Source of the DNA: a virus
IMG/VR virus record: IMGVR_UViG_3300049460_000157
Location: 1 to 64,000 of that record
Strand: one strand, 5' to 3'
Length of the DNA: 64,000 bases
The notes below the pieces were generated by a model. It was not told the DNA's origin. It ran no database searches and saw nothing but the letters and a program-made list of their open reading frames with translations. The number at the start of each line of letters is the position of its first letter. The stretch's first letter is position 1. A program made the position numbers and the translations under genes. Shown here piece by piece: positions 47,184 to 57,721 of the stretch.

Positions 47184-49661
47184 ATGCAAGTCGCAGACAT
47201 TCAAGGCGATGCCACCGCAGCCACGCTCGGTGCGCAGAAGACCACCGCAGTCGGTATGGTTGAAGATGCCGCATTCCTGATGATGCTGGCCACCAACCTG
47301 TACTCGAACCAGAAGCTGGCGTGCATCCGTGAAACGCTGTGCAACGCCTGGGATGCACACATCGAGGCGGGGCGCACCGATGTGCCGGTCAAGGTCACCA
47401 TTACCGACGAGTATGAGCTCGTCATCGAGGACAGCGGCAACGGTATTCCGGCCGAGGACTTCCCGATGGTCTACGGCACGATGGGCGGCTCGACCAAGAG
47501 CAAGAACGTGAAGGTGACCGGTGGCTTCGGCCTCGGTGCCAAGTCACCCTGGTCCTATGCGGATTCGTTCCGTGTGATCAATGAGAACCAGGGAACGAAG
47601 ACTATCTACAACCTGGTGCGCGCCAGCGTGGAAGCGGAGGGCAAGCCCGCCATCCAGCAGGTCATGCAGGTGCCGACTGAGCGCAGCGGACTCACCGTGC
47701 GCATCCAGCTGCAGCAGAAGGATGTCGAGCAGATGGCCGAATACATCCGGGCGGTCGTCATGCACGGCGACATGAACGTGCTGTTCAGTCGTCCAGGCGT
47801 CACGGAAACGCAGCTCGCCACGATGAACCTGTCGACCGAAGTCGGCAGCTACAGTGTGGCCGACAACTGGTACTTCCAGTACATGGGCAACCATTCGCTG
47901 TTCGTGCGCTACGGCGCCGTCATCTATCCGATGCTACAGACGCCGGGTACGCAGAAGGCGGTGGACCTGCTCAAGCAGTTCATGGAGCTCGTCGGCTTTC
48001 GCAAGATGGTCGTGCAGGCGGCACCGGGCACACTGGCACTGACACCGAACCGTGAAGCACTCTCGTCGAGCAAGATGACGGAGGACGGCATCACGGATCT
48101 GTGCGTGGCACTCGTGGCCCGCATCGAGGACGACCTGATCAAACAGATCCCTGGTTCGATAATGACCGCGGTGGCCAAACTGTCATCAGGCGAATCGTTC
48201 TATACCGGCCTGGACCAGTATGTCAACAGCACGGAGGCTATTGATCCATTACCGGTGCGACGGTATCTGGGTTCGCATCTCGGTGCAGCCACGCGTGCGA
48301 AGTATGAAAACCTGCTGGCAGCTGCTGAGCATCGGGGCTTCAAGACCAAGCACACCTTCACCAACAAGGCGGCGACCCGTGAGTATCACCGTCTGCGCCG
48401 GCGCCTCGTCGACAAACACTGGACGGCAAAGGAAGACCTGAAACACGCCTTCCTGAAGCACTACATCCTGCGGCCGCTTTCGCGTGTGTTCCAGAAACAC
48501 CCGGATCTGCTGAAGGTCAGCGAGTTCTTCCATGCCAAGCGTTTCTACTTTGACCGGCGCGAGAAGCATGAGCATTTGCTGAGCCGGGTCAGTGCAGACG
48601 AGTTCGGCAACCTGAAGCAGCTGGTAGACAACCCGACCGTGTTTGTCACTTCGCGCCTGAAGAATCTCGACGATAGCATCCAGTGCTGCCCGAGTGTCGT
48701 CCATGGTCAGGCTTCCTGGGTCTACCGGATCGCGCCGAAGGATGTGAACAAGGACGCCATCATCAAGGCATTCGAGGACGCTGGCTTTCAGGTCGTCGAT
48801 CTCACGCTCAACCATTCATGGGATAGCGTGGCCACCGAGCTGGAAATTGCCAAGCTGAACCGTGCAGCCAGTCGCCGGGCGCAGGCCGGGCAGCTCGATC
48901 TGGCGGTGGGCTCGAAGAAGAAAGCCAACCTGCTGATGTCGCTCACCAACGTCTATCACGACGACACAGGTGAGCGAAAGATGCACCAGAATCAGATCAA
49001 GCTAATGAAGTCAGTCACCGATACGACCGACACGCCGCGTTTCTACGTGACGGTGGAGGAGGTGACGAAGAACGGCAAGCTCGGCATGTTCGGCACCTAC
49101 CTGGATCTCACCGATGAGGAGCGCAAGCTCGGCGTCGTTGTGCGTACGGGTGTGGAAAAGAACATGGCACTGAAGCGCGGGGCTGTGCACGTCGACAGCT
49201 ATCTGGCGAAACGTCTGTGGGATCTCGTGCACACGAAGCAATACGCGGACTACTGCACGAAGCAGCGCAAGGCGGGACTATTCGACCACCACCACGTTCA
49301 GGAGACGCAATTAGAGCTGCTCGAGTACCTGGACATCAAGCTCCCCGGCTTCGACAAGCTCACGGAAAACGCAGCGTTCGACCGTGCTGCATCCCTCGTC
49401 GAAGGCATCAGCGCCACCTACTTTTCCTCTCTGGTTCCTGACCTGACGATGGAGCAGTTGCGGCATTACGCCGATGTGGTGCGTCGATACAAGCTCGACG
49501 AACTGCCGTGTGTGGTGAAGCTGAAGGCACTGAAGCAGGACCGGATTGCACAGGGACTGATCCAGAGCTGCAGCAACTTCACGGAGCTGGCCAAACAACA
49601 CCCGGAGCGTAAAGCCGCTCTCAAATCGCTCGTCATGGGCGCATTCAAAAACGGAAACTGA
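47184..49661 (+). CDS. rIIA: rIIA-like protein (GHKL ATPase N-terminus)
   Basis: 'LYSN..LACIRETLCNAWDAH', 'IEDSGNGI', 'GGFGLGAKSPWSY'. Confidence 0.9.
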   Translation: MQVADIQGDATAATLGAQKTTAVGMVEDAAFLMMLATNLYSNQKLACIRETLCNAWDAHIEAGRTDVPVKVTITDEYELVIEDSGNGIPAEDFPMVYGTMGGSTKSKNVKVTGGFGLGAKSPWSYADSFRVINENQGTKTIYNLVRASVEAEGKPAIQQVMQVPTERSGLTVRIQLQQKDVEQMAEYIRAVVMHGDMNVLFSRPGVTETQLATMNLSTEVGSYSVADNWYFQYMGNHSLFVRYGAVIYPMLQTPGTQKAVDLLKQFMELVGFRKMVVQAAPGTLALTPNREALSSSKMTEDGITDLCVALVARIEDDLIKQIPGSIMTAVAKLSSGESFYTGLDQYVNSTEAIDPLPVRRYLGSHLGAATRAKYENLLAAAEHRGFKTKHTFTNKAATREYHRLRRRLVDKHWTAKEDLKHAFLKHYILRPLSRVFQKHPDLLKVSEFFHAKRFYFDRREKHEHLLSRVSADEFGNLKQLVDNPTVFVTSRLKNLDDSIQCCPSVVHGQASWVYRIAPKDVNKDAIIKAFEDAGFQVVDLTLNHSWDSVATELEIAKLNRAASRRAQAGQLDLAVGSKKKANLLMSLTNVYHDDTGERKMHQNQIKLMKSVTDTTDTPRFYVTVEEVTKNGKLGMFGTYLDLTDEERKLGVVVRTGVEKNMALKRGAVHVDSYLAKRLWDLVHTKQYADYCTKQRKAGLFDHHHVQETQLELLEYLDIKLPGFDKLTENAAFDRAASLVEGISATYFSSLVPDLTMEQLRHYADVVRRYKLDELPCVVKLKALKQDRIAQGLIQSCSNFTELAKQHPERKAALKSLVMGAFKNGN

Positions 49662-49662
49662 A

Positions 49663-51666
49663 ATGAAAAACCTCGTGACTATCGTGGCACTGTCGGTTGA
49701 TACCCGCTATGCCACGCTGTACCTGCAGGATGGCTCGACGCTGAACATCGAGCAGGGAGACGCACGTCTCCCGCGGATTGTGGAGCAATCGAAGAAGGAA
49801 CTCGAGGCCGGACTGGCAGTGACAGTCGACGTGACGCCGATCTTCGTGCAGCGCACGGAGTTCGGTGACGCGGAGAAGGGTACCAAGGGCGTGGTGAAGT
49901 TCTTCCGCGTGGCGAAGTCCTTCCTGAAGGGACTGGTCAATACCGAGTCGCCGGAGAAGGTGGACGAGGCAGTTGCCCACATCTCGCCGCTGCAGATCGG
50001 TGTCTTTCCGGGCCAGCCGGAATCGAAGTTCGAAGTGGTGGACTCGGGCATGGGTATTCACCATGTGCCCAAGGAAGCAACGAACCAGGGAACCAAGGAA
50101 GAAGATGGACCTGCAGATCCGACGCCGGCTGTGGCTGATCTCTCTCAGGCTGAAGCTGATGCGGCTGTCAAGGCACGTCTCGACGAAGCCGCAGAAGAAA
50201 ACGCAACTACCGGTCAGGCCGCCCGGCCGCTAACCAATGACCAGAAGCTGGACGCAGCGCGAGCTCGCATGCAGCAGCTGGTCGGCAACAGCGTGGGCAC
50301 CGACCGTGCGGAGTTCCATACGCCGCTGAATGAGGAGACGGAAACGATCGTGGCCGTGCATGAAAAGTCGGGAGCAATCATTCCCGACGCACACAAGCTG
50401 GCCCGTCAGTTGCGCTCTGCACAGAAGCTCCAGGATTACGCCGGCTTCGAGAAGTTCATCGAGCGTCTGGCCGGCATCATCGACCAGCGCGGCCACTCGG
50501 TCGAAGACCTGATGAAGTTCATCGAGAAGGGCGATCTGCCGATTGCCGATGATGGTTCCATCGTCATCTACAAGCGGCTGAGCAACCAGGGCGATCACTT
50601 CGTGGACGTGCACTCACGCAACATCAAGCAGAAGGTCGGCTCGTACGTGTTCATGAAGCCAGGTCTGGTAGACCCCAACCGTCGCCAGGACTGTTCGAAC
50701 GGCCTGCATGTGGCCTCGCTCAGCTACCTCAATGGCTTCAGCGGCGAGATCACGGTGATCGCCAAGGTCCGTCCGGAAGACGTGTTCGCGGTGCCTGAGT
50801 ACAGCCACAACAAGATGCGGGTCTGCGGCTACCACATCCTGGCGAACCTTCCGGACAAACTGCGTCACCTGGTCAACGGTGGTGGCTCAATCAGCAGTGA
50901 TCCGGACGGCGCCGTGCTGCTCAACAACGTGCTGCGAGGCAACCACATCGGCGTCACCCAGCTCGTTGAGGTCGGCGGCCACAGAGGCAGCAACGTGACC
51001 TACATGGACGCCGGCCCGAATGCACGCAGTGCAGCACCGGCGCCGATCAGCGGTGCCGCCGCGGCACTAGCGATGGCACGCGGCACAGCCGAGACGCTCG
51101 ACATGCAGGAACCACTCGAACCGAAGGCTCCGGAGGCGCCTGACGTGAAGGCAGCGGACCTGGTTGCCAAGCCTGACAAAGAGCTTTCAGCGCCGGTGAT
51201 AAATAACCTTATGTCAAATTCGACGGAGAAGAAGGCAGATAGCGCCCAATCGACGACGAAGCCGACACTTGCGCAGCAGGCTGCCGATCTGTACGCCAGC
51301 ATGCTCGATGCACAGACCTTCCCGGCAGAAAGAAAGGCTGCTAAGGCACTGCGCGATCTCAAGCAGAAAGCCCGCAAAGGCTGGACGGCACTGGGACTGC
51401 CGGCCGATACCGGCGACGAGATTGCCAAGTTCCTGGGCGAAGCAGCCCAGCCGGTGCCGGCCAGGGTCGATCGCAAGAAAGCGCCGAATAAGGTGTCCTG
51501 GCCCAAGGTTGAAAAATCAGCCGCGGTCAAAGATACCCTGGGGGATAGGCAGAAAACGGCCATCGATCTTCTGAAGGTTGGAGGCGTCTCAAATATTGAG
51601 ATTGCCCGTAAAACGGGGCTCTCCAAGGACCAGATCTTCCGTCTGAAGAAGAAGCACTGTGCGTAA
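49663..51666 (+). CDS. rIIB: rIIB-like protein with C-terminal HTH
   Basis: 'DLPIADDGSIVIYK', 'CSNGLHVAS', 'VPEY..NKMRVC.Y'. Confidence 0.88.
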   Translation: MKNLVTIVALSVDTRYATLYLQDGSTLNIEQGDARLPRIVEQSKKELEAGLAVTVDVTPIFVQRTEFGDAEKGTKGVVKFFRVAKSFLKGLVNTESPEKVDEAVAHISPLQIGVFPGQPESKFEVVDSGMGIHHVPKEATNQGTKEEDGPADPTPAVADLSQAEADAAVKARLDEAAEENATTGQAARPLTNDQKLDAARARMQQLVGNSVGTDRAEFHTPLNEETETIVAVHEKSGAIIPDAHKLARQLRSAQKLQDYAGFEKFIERLAGIIDQRGHSVEDLMKFIEKGDLPIADDGSIVIYKRLSNQGDHFVDVHSRNIKQKVGSYVFMKPGLVDPNRRQDCSNGLHVASLSYLNGFSGEITVIAKVRPEDVFAVPEYSHNKMRVCGYHILANLPDKLRHLVNGGGSISSDPDGAVLLNNVLRGNHIGVTQLVEVGGHRGSNVTYMDAGPNARSAAPAPISGAAAALAMARGTAETLDMQEPLEPKAPEAPDVKAADLVAKPDKELSAPVINNLMSNSTEKKADSAQSTTKPTLAQQAADLYASMLDAQTFPAERKAAKALRDLKQKARKGWTALGLPADTGDEIAKFLGEAAQPVPARVDRKKAPNKVSWPKVEKSAAVKDTLGDRQKTAIDLLKVGGVSNIEIARKTGLSKDQIFRLKKKHCA

Positions 51667-51749
51667 AGCAACATAGCGGCGGGGCTTACAACTTCCTATA
51701 TACCTCTAGTCAAGCTAGACTAGAGGTTATTTTTAAGGGAGTTGTAACC

Positions 51750-52103
51750 ATGTCTAACGTCTACCGGGCAAACCGGAAGGCTACTGACGGCGACATTATT
51801 CGTCTGAACAGTGTCGGCCTGTCGTTGTCCACCATCGCGAAGCTGCTGGACTGCCATCCAACCACCATCACCCTTCGTCTGAAGGCATTGAACATTGCAC
51901 CGGCCGACACTCGCCGTACCTTCATGGAAGATGTCTTCATGTCCATGTCGCGTCAGCAGCAGGATTGGCTGGCAAAACAGCTGGGGCCGCACATTTCCAT
52001 CAAGGATTACGTGCGCAACCTGCTGGTGAAAGAATTTCTGTCGCAGGACAGACCACCTACCGGGGATACTCATGAGCACCAAAAAGCAGTCGAAGCCAGT
52101 TAA
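51750..52103 (+). CDS. HTH DNA-binding protein (conserved N4-like)
   Basis: 'GLSLSTIAKLLDCHPTTITLRL', 'PADTRRTFMED'. Confidence 0.75.
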   Translation: MSNVYRANRKATDGDIIRLNSVGLSLSTIAKLLDCHPTTITLRLKALNIAPADTRRTFMEDVFMSMSRQQQDWLAKQLGPHISIKDYVRNLLVKEFLSQDRPPTGDTHEHQKAVEAS

Positions 52104-52578
52104 AGCCAGTACCTTGAGCGCTACTTTTGACTGGATCAAGACGGCACGTCCTAATCCGGACAGCAAGCAGTTCCATACGCAGACGGGAGTCCACTTCGAG
52201 GAAGTGGCGGAGATGATCGACGAGATCACGCCGACTTCTCCCAAAGCGACGGTGCTGCTTCACGAGGCGAAGGTAGCCCTCAAGGCATTGGCGACTTACC
52301 TGAAAGAGTCCGATGAAGTGATCACGGTCGAGCCGCATGCCCGCACCGACTTCCTCGATGCACTCTGCGACCAGATCGTGACGGCAACGGGTGTTGGCTA
52401 CCTGTGCGGTTTCCCGATTGTGGATGCCCTCGACGAGGTCAACGCATCGCTCTATTCGAAGTTCGTCGATGGCAAACCCATCTACGACGCGAACATGAAA
52501 ATCGCCAAGGGACCGGACTTCTTCAAGCCGGATCTCTCCGCATTCGTGCCGGCCCGCATCCCCGTCCTGCTCGACTGA
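52072..52578 (+). CDS. MazG-like NTP pyrophosphohydrolase
   Basis: 'HFEEVAEM', 'LDALCDQIVTATG', 'KIAKGPDFFKPDL'. Confidence 0.8.
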   Translation: MSTKKQSKPVKASTLSATFDWIKTARPNPDSKQFHTQTGVHFEEVAEMIDEITPTSPKATVLLHEAKVALKALATYLKESDEVITVEPHARTDFLDALCDQIVTATGVGYLCGFPIVDALDEVNASLYSKFVDGKPIYDANMKIAKGPDFFKPDLSAFVPARIPVLLD

Positions 52579-52649
52579 CCCCCCTCTCCAAGATAACAGG
52601 CGCCCTCCTTCCACAGGACGGCGCCTGGCTCAACACGCCCGGAGGCAAT

Positions 52650-53951
52650 GTGGAGCAACTCAAGTCCTTACCCCTGAACCAGGGACAACAGGCAGCCGCT
52701 GATGGCTTTTTCGAATTCCTCTTCAGCAAGGACAAGGAACTGATCCTGTCCGGCCCAGGTGGCGTAGGCAAGACCTACCTGATGGGCTACCTGATCGACC
52801 AGGTGATGTCGCAGTACCTGTCCACCTGCAAGATGATGGCGCTCACGCCCGAGTACACCGAAGTCCAAATGACGGCGACCACCAACAAGGCGGCCGAAGT
52901 CCTGTCCGCAGCAACCGGCCGGCCCGCTGAGACGATCCACTCGTTCCTGAATCTGACGATGAAGGAAAACCACCTGAGCGGCCGTGTTCACCTGACCAAG
53001 AGCAAGCAGTGGAAGGTCCACGAGAAGATGATCATCTTCATCGACGAGTGTTCGATGATCGATAGCGACCTGCGCGGCTACATTCTGGAAGGCACGGCCA
53101 AGTGCAAGATCATCTACGTGGGCGACCACTGCCAGCTGGCACCGGTGACGGAAACGCTCTCCCCGATCTATCGGGATGGGCTGCCCTTCTTCGAGCTCAC
53201 CGAGCCGATGCGCACGAAGACCCCCGAGCTGCAGGCGGTGAATTTCCAGTTGCGCCAGACCGTCGAGACGGGTGAATTCCACCCGATCCGGATCGTGCCG
53301 GGCATCATCGATCACCTCTCCGATGAGGAGATGGAGTATGAGATCGGCCTGCAGTTTGCGCAGCAGACGCACGACAAGCGCATTCTCTCCTACAAGAATG
53401 ATCGGGTGATTCAGTACAACGAACACATCCGATCGGTGCGTCAGCTTCCGGAGAACTTTGTTCAGGGCGAGTTCCTGGTCAACAACAATGCGATCCGTCA
53501 GGCCAGCCAGATGATGCGGGTCGAGGAAGAAGTCGAGATCGAGAGCCAGTCATCTGAAACCGAGATGGCCGATATCGACGACGATGTCCAGCTCGAGTTC
53601 CGCCGCACCACACTGAAGAGCCGCTCTGGCAGCTACTACAGCAACGTGATGGTACCGGTCGACCGGGATCATTTCCTGAAGCTGATCAAGTTCTACCAGA
53701 AGAGCAAGAACTGGAACCGTTACTTCTTCCTGAAGAACAACTTCCCGGACCTGCGTCAGCGGGACGCGGCCACCGTGCACAAGGCACAGGGCTCGACCTA
53801 CGACACGGTGTTCATCGACCTGGGTGACCTGTCCACCTGTCACAACCCGAACGTGGTGGCCCGTCTGCTGTACGTGGCATTCACACGTGCGCGCCAGCGG
53901 GTCGTGCTTTACGGTACCCTGGCAGACAAATATGGAGGCCTGATCCAGTAA
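52650..53951 (+). CDS. SF1B DNA helicase (Dda/RecD-like)
   Basis: 'GPGGVGKT', 'IDECSM', 'VGDHCQL', 'TVHKAQGSTY', 'YVAFTRA'; GTG start after GGAGG. Confidence 0.92.
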   Translation: MEQLKSLPLNQGQQAAADGFFEFLFSKDKELILSGPGGVGKTYLMGYLIDQVMSQYLSTCKMMALTPEYTEVQMTATTNKAAEVLSAATGRPAETIHSFLNLTMKENHLSGRVHLTKSKQWKVHEKMIIFIDECSMIDSDLRGYILEGTAKCKIIYVGDHCQLAPVTETLSPIYRDGLPFFELTEPMRTKTPELQAVNFQLRQTVETGEFHPIRIVPGIIDHLSDEEMEYEIGLQFAQQTHDKRILSYKNDRVIQYNEHIRSVRQLPENFVQGEFLVNNNAIRQASQMMRVEEEVEIESQSSETEMADIDDDVQLEFRRTTLKSRSGSYYSNVMVPVDRDHFLKLIKFYQKSKNWNRYFFLKNNFPDLRQRDAATVHKAQGSTYDTVFIDLGDLSTCHNPNVVARLLYVAFTRARQRVVLYGTLADKYGGLIQ

Positions 53952-53961
53952 GGAGAAAGCT

Positions 53962-54462
53962 ATGGCCCTGACATGTATCAATCCGTTGATCGACGAGATC
54001 AAGTCCACGCTCTTCGCACCGGAAAACCGGCGACTCGCCACAGCCATTGACCGGCTGGTTGTCCAGAACGACGAAGAGTGTGAGCACCCATACAAGGGCT
54101 TCCTGTTCGCTGGCGAGGTCTACCGGCACAGCCTCGGCAACACGATTTACAAGTCGTGGCCGGTGCTCGCCTATGCACTGAACGGGGACATGGAGCGATG
54201 GCTAAAAGACAAAAAGCAGGTGCAGCTCGACGAGGCGCAGATCGGCCAGATGCTGTTCAAGCTGCTCTACCAGGCGAACGACCTGCAGGAGATCCGCGAC
54301 ACCCTGCCGGAGTGTCTGGTTTCCCTGGTTCCGCAGCTGCGTGCGATGCCACGCAAGTTCAATCAGGAGTTCCTGATCCGGCACAACGAGCGGGATCTGA
54401 AGCAGTTTCGCAAGATCCTGCCGAAGATCGAGATGTACGCGATGGCAAGCCTGATTTACTGA
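53962..54462 (+). CDS. N4 gp38-like conserved protein
   Basis: 166 aa between helicase and polymerase; 'IRDTLPECL'. Confidence 0.65.
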   Translation: MALTCINPLIDEIKSTLFAPENRRLATAIDRLVVQNDEECEHPYKGFLFAGEVYRHSLGNTIYKSWPVLAYALNGDMERWLKDKKQVQLDEAQIGQMLFKLLYQANDLQEIRDTLPECLVSLVPQLRAMPRKFNQEFLIRHNERDLKQFRKILPKIEMYAMASLIY

Positions 54463-54470
54463 GGAAGGAA

Positions 54471-57140
54471 ATGCGTTACCACTTTTACGCCCAGCAGCCC
54501 GAGTATCCGGTGTGCCTGCTCGTGGGCCAGATCCGCAAGGACGAGATCCGCAAGGCGTATTTCACCGAGTCCGGTGTCGATGCCGAGGACGTGCTGGTGC
54601 TCGACCTGCACTACGCCGAGGGCAAGAAGAAGACGCCGGCCGCGGAGATGAAGGCCTATATCACCGAGCAGCTGCAGGAAGTGCTCGATGACCACAAGGT
54701 GCAGTACATCATGTGCACCGACAGCGGCTACTTCAAGACGCTCACCGGCGCCACGAACGTGGATGCCAGCCTCGGCTACGTGCTCGACTCGAAGTTCGGT
54801 TCGCAGAAGGTGGTCTATGCGCCCTCCTACCGGATGATCTTTCATGATCCGGCCGGTGTGAAGACGAAGATCACCCGTGCGATCGAGGCGGTCATTGCAC
54901 ACGCCACCCAGCAGTACCGGGATCCCGGCCACGGCATCATCCGGTTTGCAGAGTATCCGCAGACCGATGACGAGATCGAGGCCTGGCTCGAGAAGCTGCT
55001 TGAGATGGATGTGCCGCTCACCAGCGACATCGAGGCGTTCAGCCTGAAGCACTACGACGCCGGCATCGGCACCATCTCGTTTGCCTGGAACCAGCACGAA
55101 GGGATTGCCTTCCCGGTCGACTACGTGCCGATCGAAGGCGCCACCGAGGCACCTTTCGGGATCCAGGTAAGGAATGAGCGTCGCCGGGAACTGCTGCGCT
55201 CGTTCTTCACCCGGCTCACGCAGAAGGCGATCTATCACAACATCGCCTTCGACGTGTATGTGCTGATCTATCAGCTGTTCATGGAGCACATCTGCGACAC
55301 CGAAGGGCTGCTGCACGGCCTGGAAGTGATGCTGCCCAAGGGGAACTGGGACTGCACGAAACTGATCACCTACCTGGCGACCAACTCGTGCGCCGGCAAT
55401 GAGCTGGGCCTGAAGGCACAGGCTCAGGAATTCGCCGGCAACTACGCGCAGACGGAGATCAACGACATCACCAAGATCCCGCTGCCGGTACTGCTCGAAT
55501 ACAACCTGATCGACTCCCTGTCGACCTGGCATGTACACACCAAGCACTATTCCACGATGGTGGCCGACCACCAGTTAGGTGTCTACCAGACACTTTTCCA
55601 GCCGGCCACCGTGGACATTGTGCAGATGCAGCTCACCGGCATGCCGGTGAACATGCGTCGGGTGCTGGAAGTCGAGAAGATCCTGCAGGCCGCGTTCGAC
55701 AAGGCCGAGGCCGACATCATGGCGTCGGCCGCGGTGCAGCGCTACAGCTACCGGCTGGCCGAGAAGTACGCGGCCAAGATGAACAGCAAGTGGAAGGTGA
55801 AACGGATCACCGTGGCCGAGGTGGAGGACGAGGACCGGACATTCAATCCCCGATCGGCTCCGCAGCTCCAGGATCTGCTCTTTACGTTCCTGGGTCTGCC
55901 GGTGCTGTCTCTCACCGACTCCAAGCTGCCGTCCACCGATGGGGACACCATCGAGGCGCTGATCAATCACACGGGCGACGCCTATGTGAAGGAGTTCCTG
56001 TCGGCGCTGCTCGAATACAAGGCAGTCGAGAAGATCCTCGGCACCTTCATCAAGGCGCTGAAAAACGCCCAGATGGGTCCGGATGGCTGGTACTACCTGT
56101 TCGGCAACTTCAATCTGGGCGGCACGCTGTCCGGCCGGCTCAGTTCGAACGACCCGAATCTGCAGAACCTGCCGGCCAATGCGTCGATGGCGGTGAGCGC
56201 TGCGCTGCTGGCACTCTTTGGCGACGCCATCCTGCCGTATATCGTCAAGGGCAAGCTGATGCTGGGCAAGCTCGTGAAGAGCTGCTTCGAGGCGCCACCG
56301 GGCTGGTTGTTCTGTGGTCTGGACTTCGCATCACTGGAAGACCGGATCTCGGCGCTGACCACGAAGGATCCAAACAAGCTGAAGGTCTACACCGATGGCT
56401 ATGACGGCCACTGCCTGCGCTCGTTCAGCTATTTCGGTGAGGATATGCCGGACATCGTGGATACGGTGCCCAGCATCAACTCCATCGAGACGAAGTACAA
56501 AACGTTCCGGCAGGACTCCAAGGCGCCGACCTTCGCCCTGACCTATCAGGGCACCTGGAAGACGCTGATGACGAACTGTGGTTTCTCGGAGGAGAAAGCC
56601 AAAAAGATCGAAGCCCGCTATCACGAACTCTACAAGGTGAGTGATGACTGGGTGGCAGCCAAGCTCGATCAGGCCAGCAAGGATGGCTACGTCACCGTGG
56701 CATTCGGCCTGAGAGTCCGGACACCGCTCCTTCATCAGGTGATCCGGGGTAACTCCCGCACACCTCACCAGGCTGAAGCTGAAGGTCGATCGGCTGGCAA
56801 TGCATTGGGCCAGAGTTACTGTCTGCTGAACTCCCGTGCAAGCGTGGAATTCATGGGCAAAGTCCGCAAGAGTGAGTACTCAACCGCCATTCGACCGTGC
56901 GCGCATATCCATGACGCCCAGTATTACCTCGTCAGGGAAGACCCAAAGCCTGTTCTGTACACCAATGAACACCTGGTGAAGGCGGTTCAATGGCAGGACG
57001 ACCCAGCCATCGCGCACCCTGACGTGAAGCTCGGCGGCGAACTGTCGATCTTCTTCCCGTCCTGGGAAAACGAAATCGGCATCCCCAACGGTGCCACCGA
57101 GGCGGAGCTGTTCGACCTCGTCGAAGCCGCCATGGCCTAG
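54471..57140 (+). CDS. DNA polymerase, family A
   Basis: 'DIEAFSL' exonuclease, 'GRLSSNDPNLQNLP', 'LDFASLE' motif A, 'RQDSKAPTFALTYQG' motif B, 'IHDA' motif C. Confidence 0.95.
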   Translation: MRYHFYAQQPEYPVCLLVGQIRKDEIRKAYFTESGVDAEDVLVLDLHYAEGKKKTPAAEMKAYITEQLQEVLDDHKVQYIMCTDSGYFKTLTGATNVDASLGYVLDSKFGSQKVVYAPSYRMIFHDPAGVKTKITRAIEAVIAHATQQYRDPGHGIIRFAEYPQTDDEIEAWLEKLLEMDVPLTSDIEAFSLKHYDAGIGTISFAWNQHEGIAFPVDYVPIEGATEAPFGIQVRNERRRELLRSFFTRLTQKAIYHNIAFDVYVLIYQLFMEHICDTEGLLHGLEVMLPKGNWDCTKLITYLATNSCAGNELGLKAQAQEFAGNYAQTEINDITKIPLPVLLEYNLIDSLSTWHVHTKHYSTMVADHQLGVYQTLFQPATVDIVQMQLTGMPVNMRRVLEVEKILQAAFDKAEADIMASAAVQRYSYRLAEKYAAKMNSKWKVKRITVAEVEDEDRTFNPRSAPQLQDLLFTFLGLPVLSLTDSKLPSTDGDTIEALINHTGDAYVKEFLSALLEYKAVEKILGTFIKALKNAQMGPDGWYYLFGNFNLGGTLSGRLSSNDPNLQNLPANASMAVSAALLALFGDAILPYIVKGKLMLGKLVKSCFEAPPGWLFCGLDFASLEDRISALTTKDPNKLKVYTDGYDGHCLRSFSYFGEDMPDIVDTVPSINSIETKYKTFRQDSKAPTFALTYQGTWKTLMTNCGFSEEKAKKIEARYHELYKVSDDWVAAKLDQASKDGYVTVAFGLRVRTPLLHQVIRGNSRTPHQAEAEGRSAGNALGQSYCLLNSRASVEFMGKVRKSEYSTAIRPCAHIHDAQYYLVREDPKPVLYTNEHLVKAVQWQDDPAIAHPDVKLGGELSIFFPSWENEIGIPNGATEAELFDLVEAAMA

Positions 57141-57301
57141 AGTTATCTTTGGTTTTGGTGGTTTGGTGGTACCCACTTTAAATCCTGCTTGAGAAGGCCT
57201 AGACACACCGGGCTTTCACAAGTACCATCCGTTTTTAGATATAACTTTGTGGGGAAACAGACATTCTGTTTCCCCATTCTTCCCTCTGCGGAGACAAGGC
57301 A

Positions 57302-57721
57302 ATGAAACAGACCCCCAATGCGGCAGGCCGCAAATTCCATTTCATGGTGGCTGCCCAGATCGTGTTCTCGATGCCGGCTGATGACGGCGGACTCGCCATC
57401 AACACCGCGAACATCAACGGCGTCGTGACCCACGACAAGGACACGATCCCGACCCATCTGCTCGGTCAGGCCCAGAAAGTTGCACAGATGCAGCTCTTCA
57501 AGCGCCTGGGTGACGAAGCGACGAAGGTCAACGTCATCGACGTGGTGATCACGAACCTGATGAACCTGGGCTACATGACGGAAGCCGAGTTCAACGCGGC
57601 ACCGGACGGCCAGAAGCAGCAGGAGATCCCGAAGGCGGCCGCCGCTCACCTGCGTGTTGTCGGTGGTGGTGAAGAGGTGGTCGACCCCTTCGCCGTGGTC
57701 GGCAAGGCGACGGTGCAGTAA
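57302..57721 (+). CDS. Hypothetical conserved protein
   Basis: 139 aa; 'NLMNLGYMTEAEF'. Confidence 0.65.
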   Translation: MKQTPNAAGRKFHFMVAAQIVFSMPADDGGLAINTANINGVVTHDKDTIPTHLLGQAQKVAQMQLFKRLGDEATKVNVIDVVITNLMNLGYMTEAEFNAAPDGQKQQEIPKAAAAHLRVVGGGEEVVDPFAVVGKATVQ

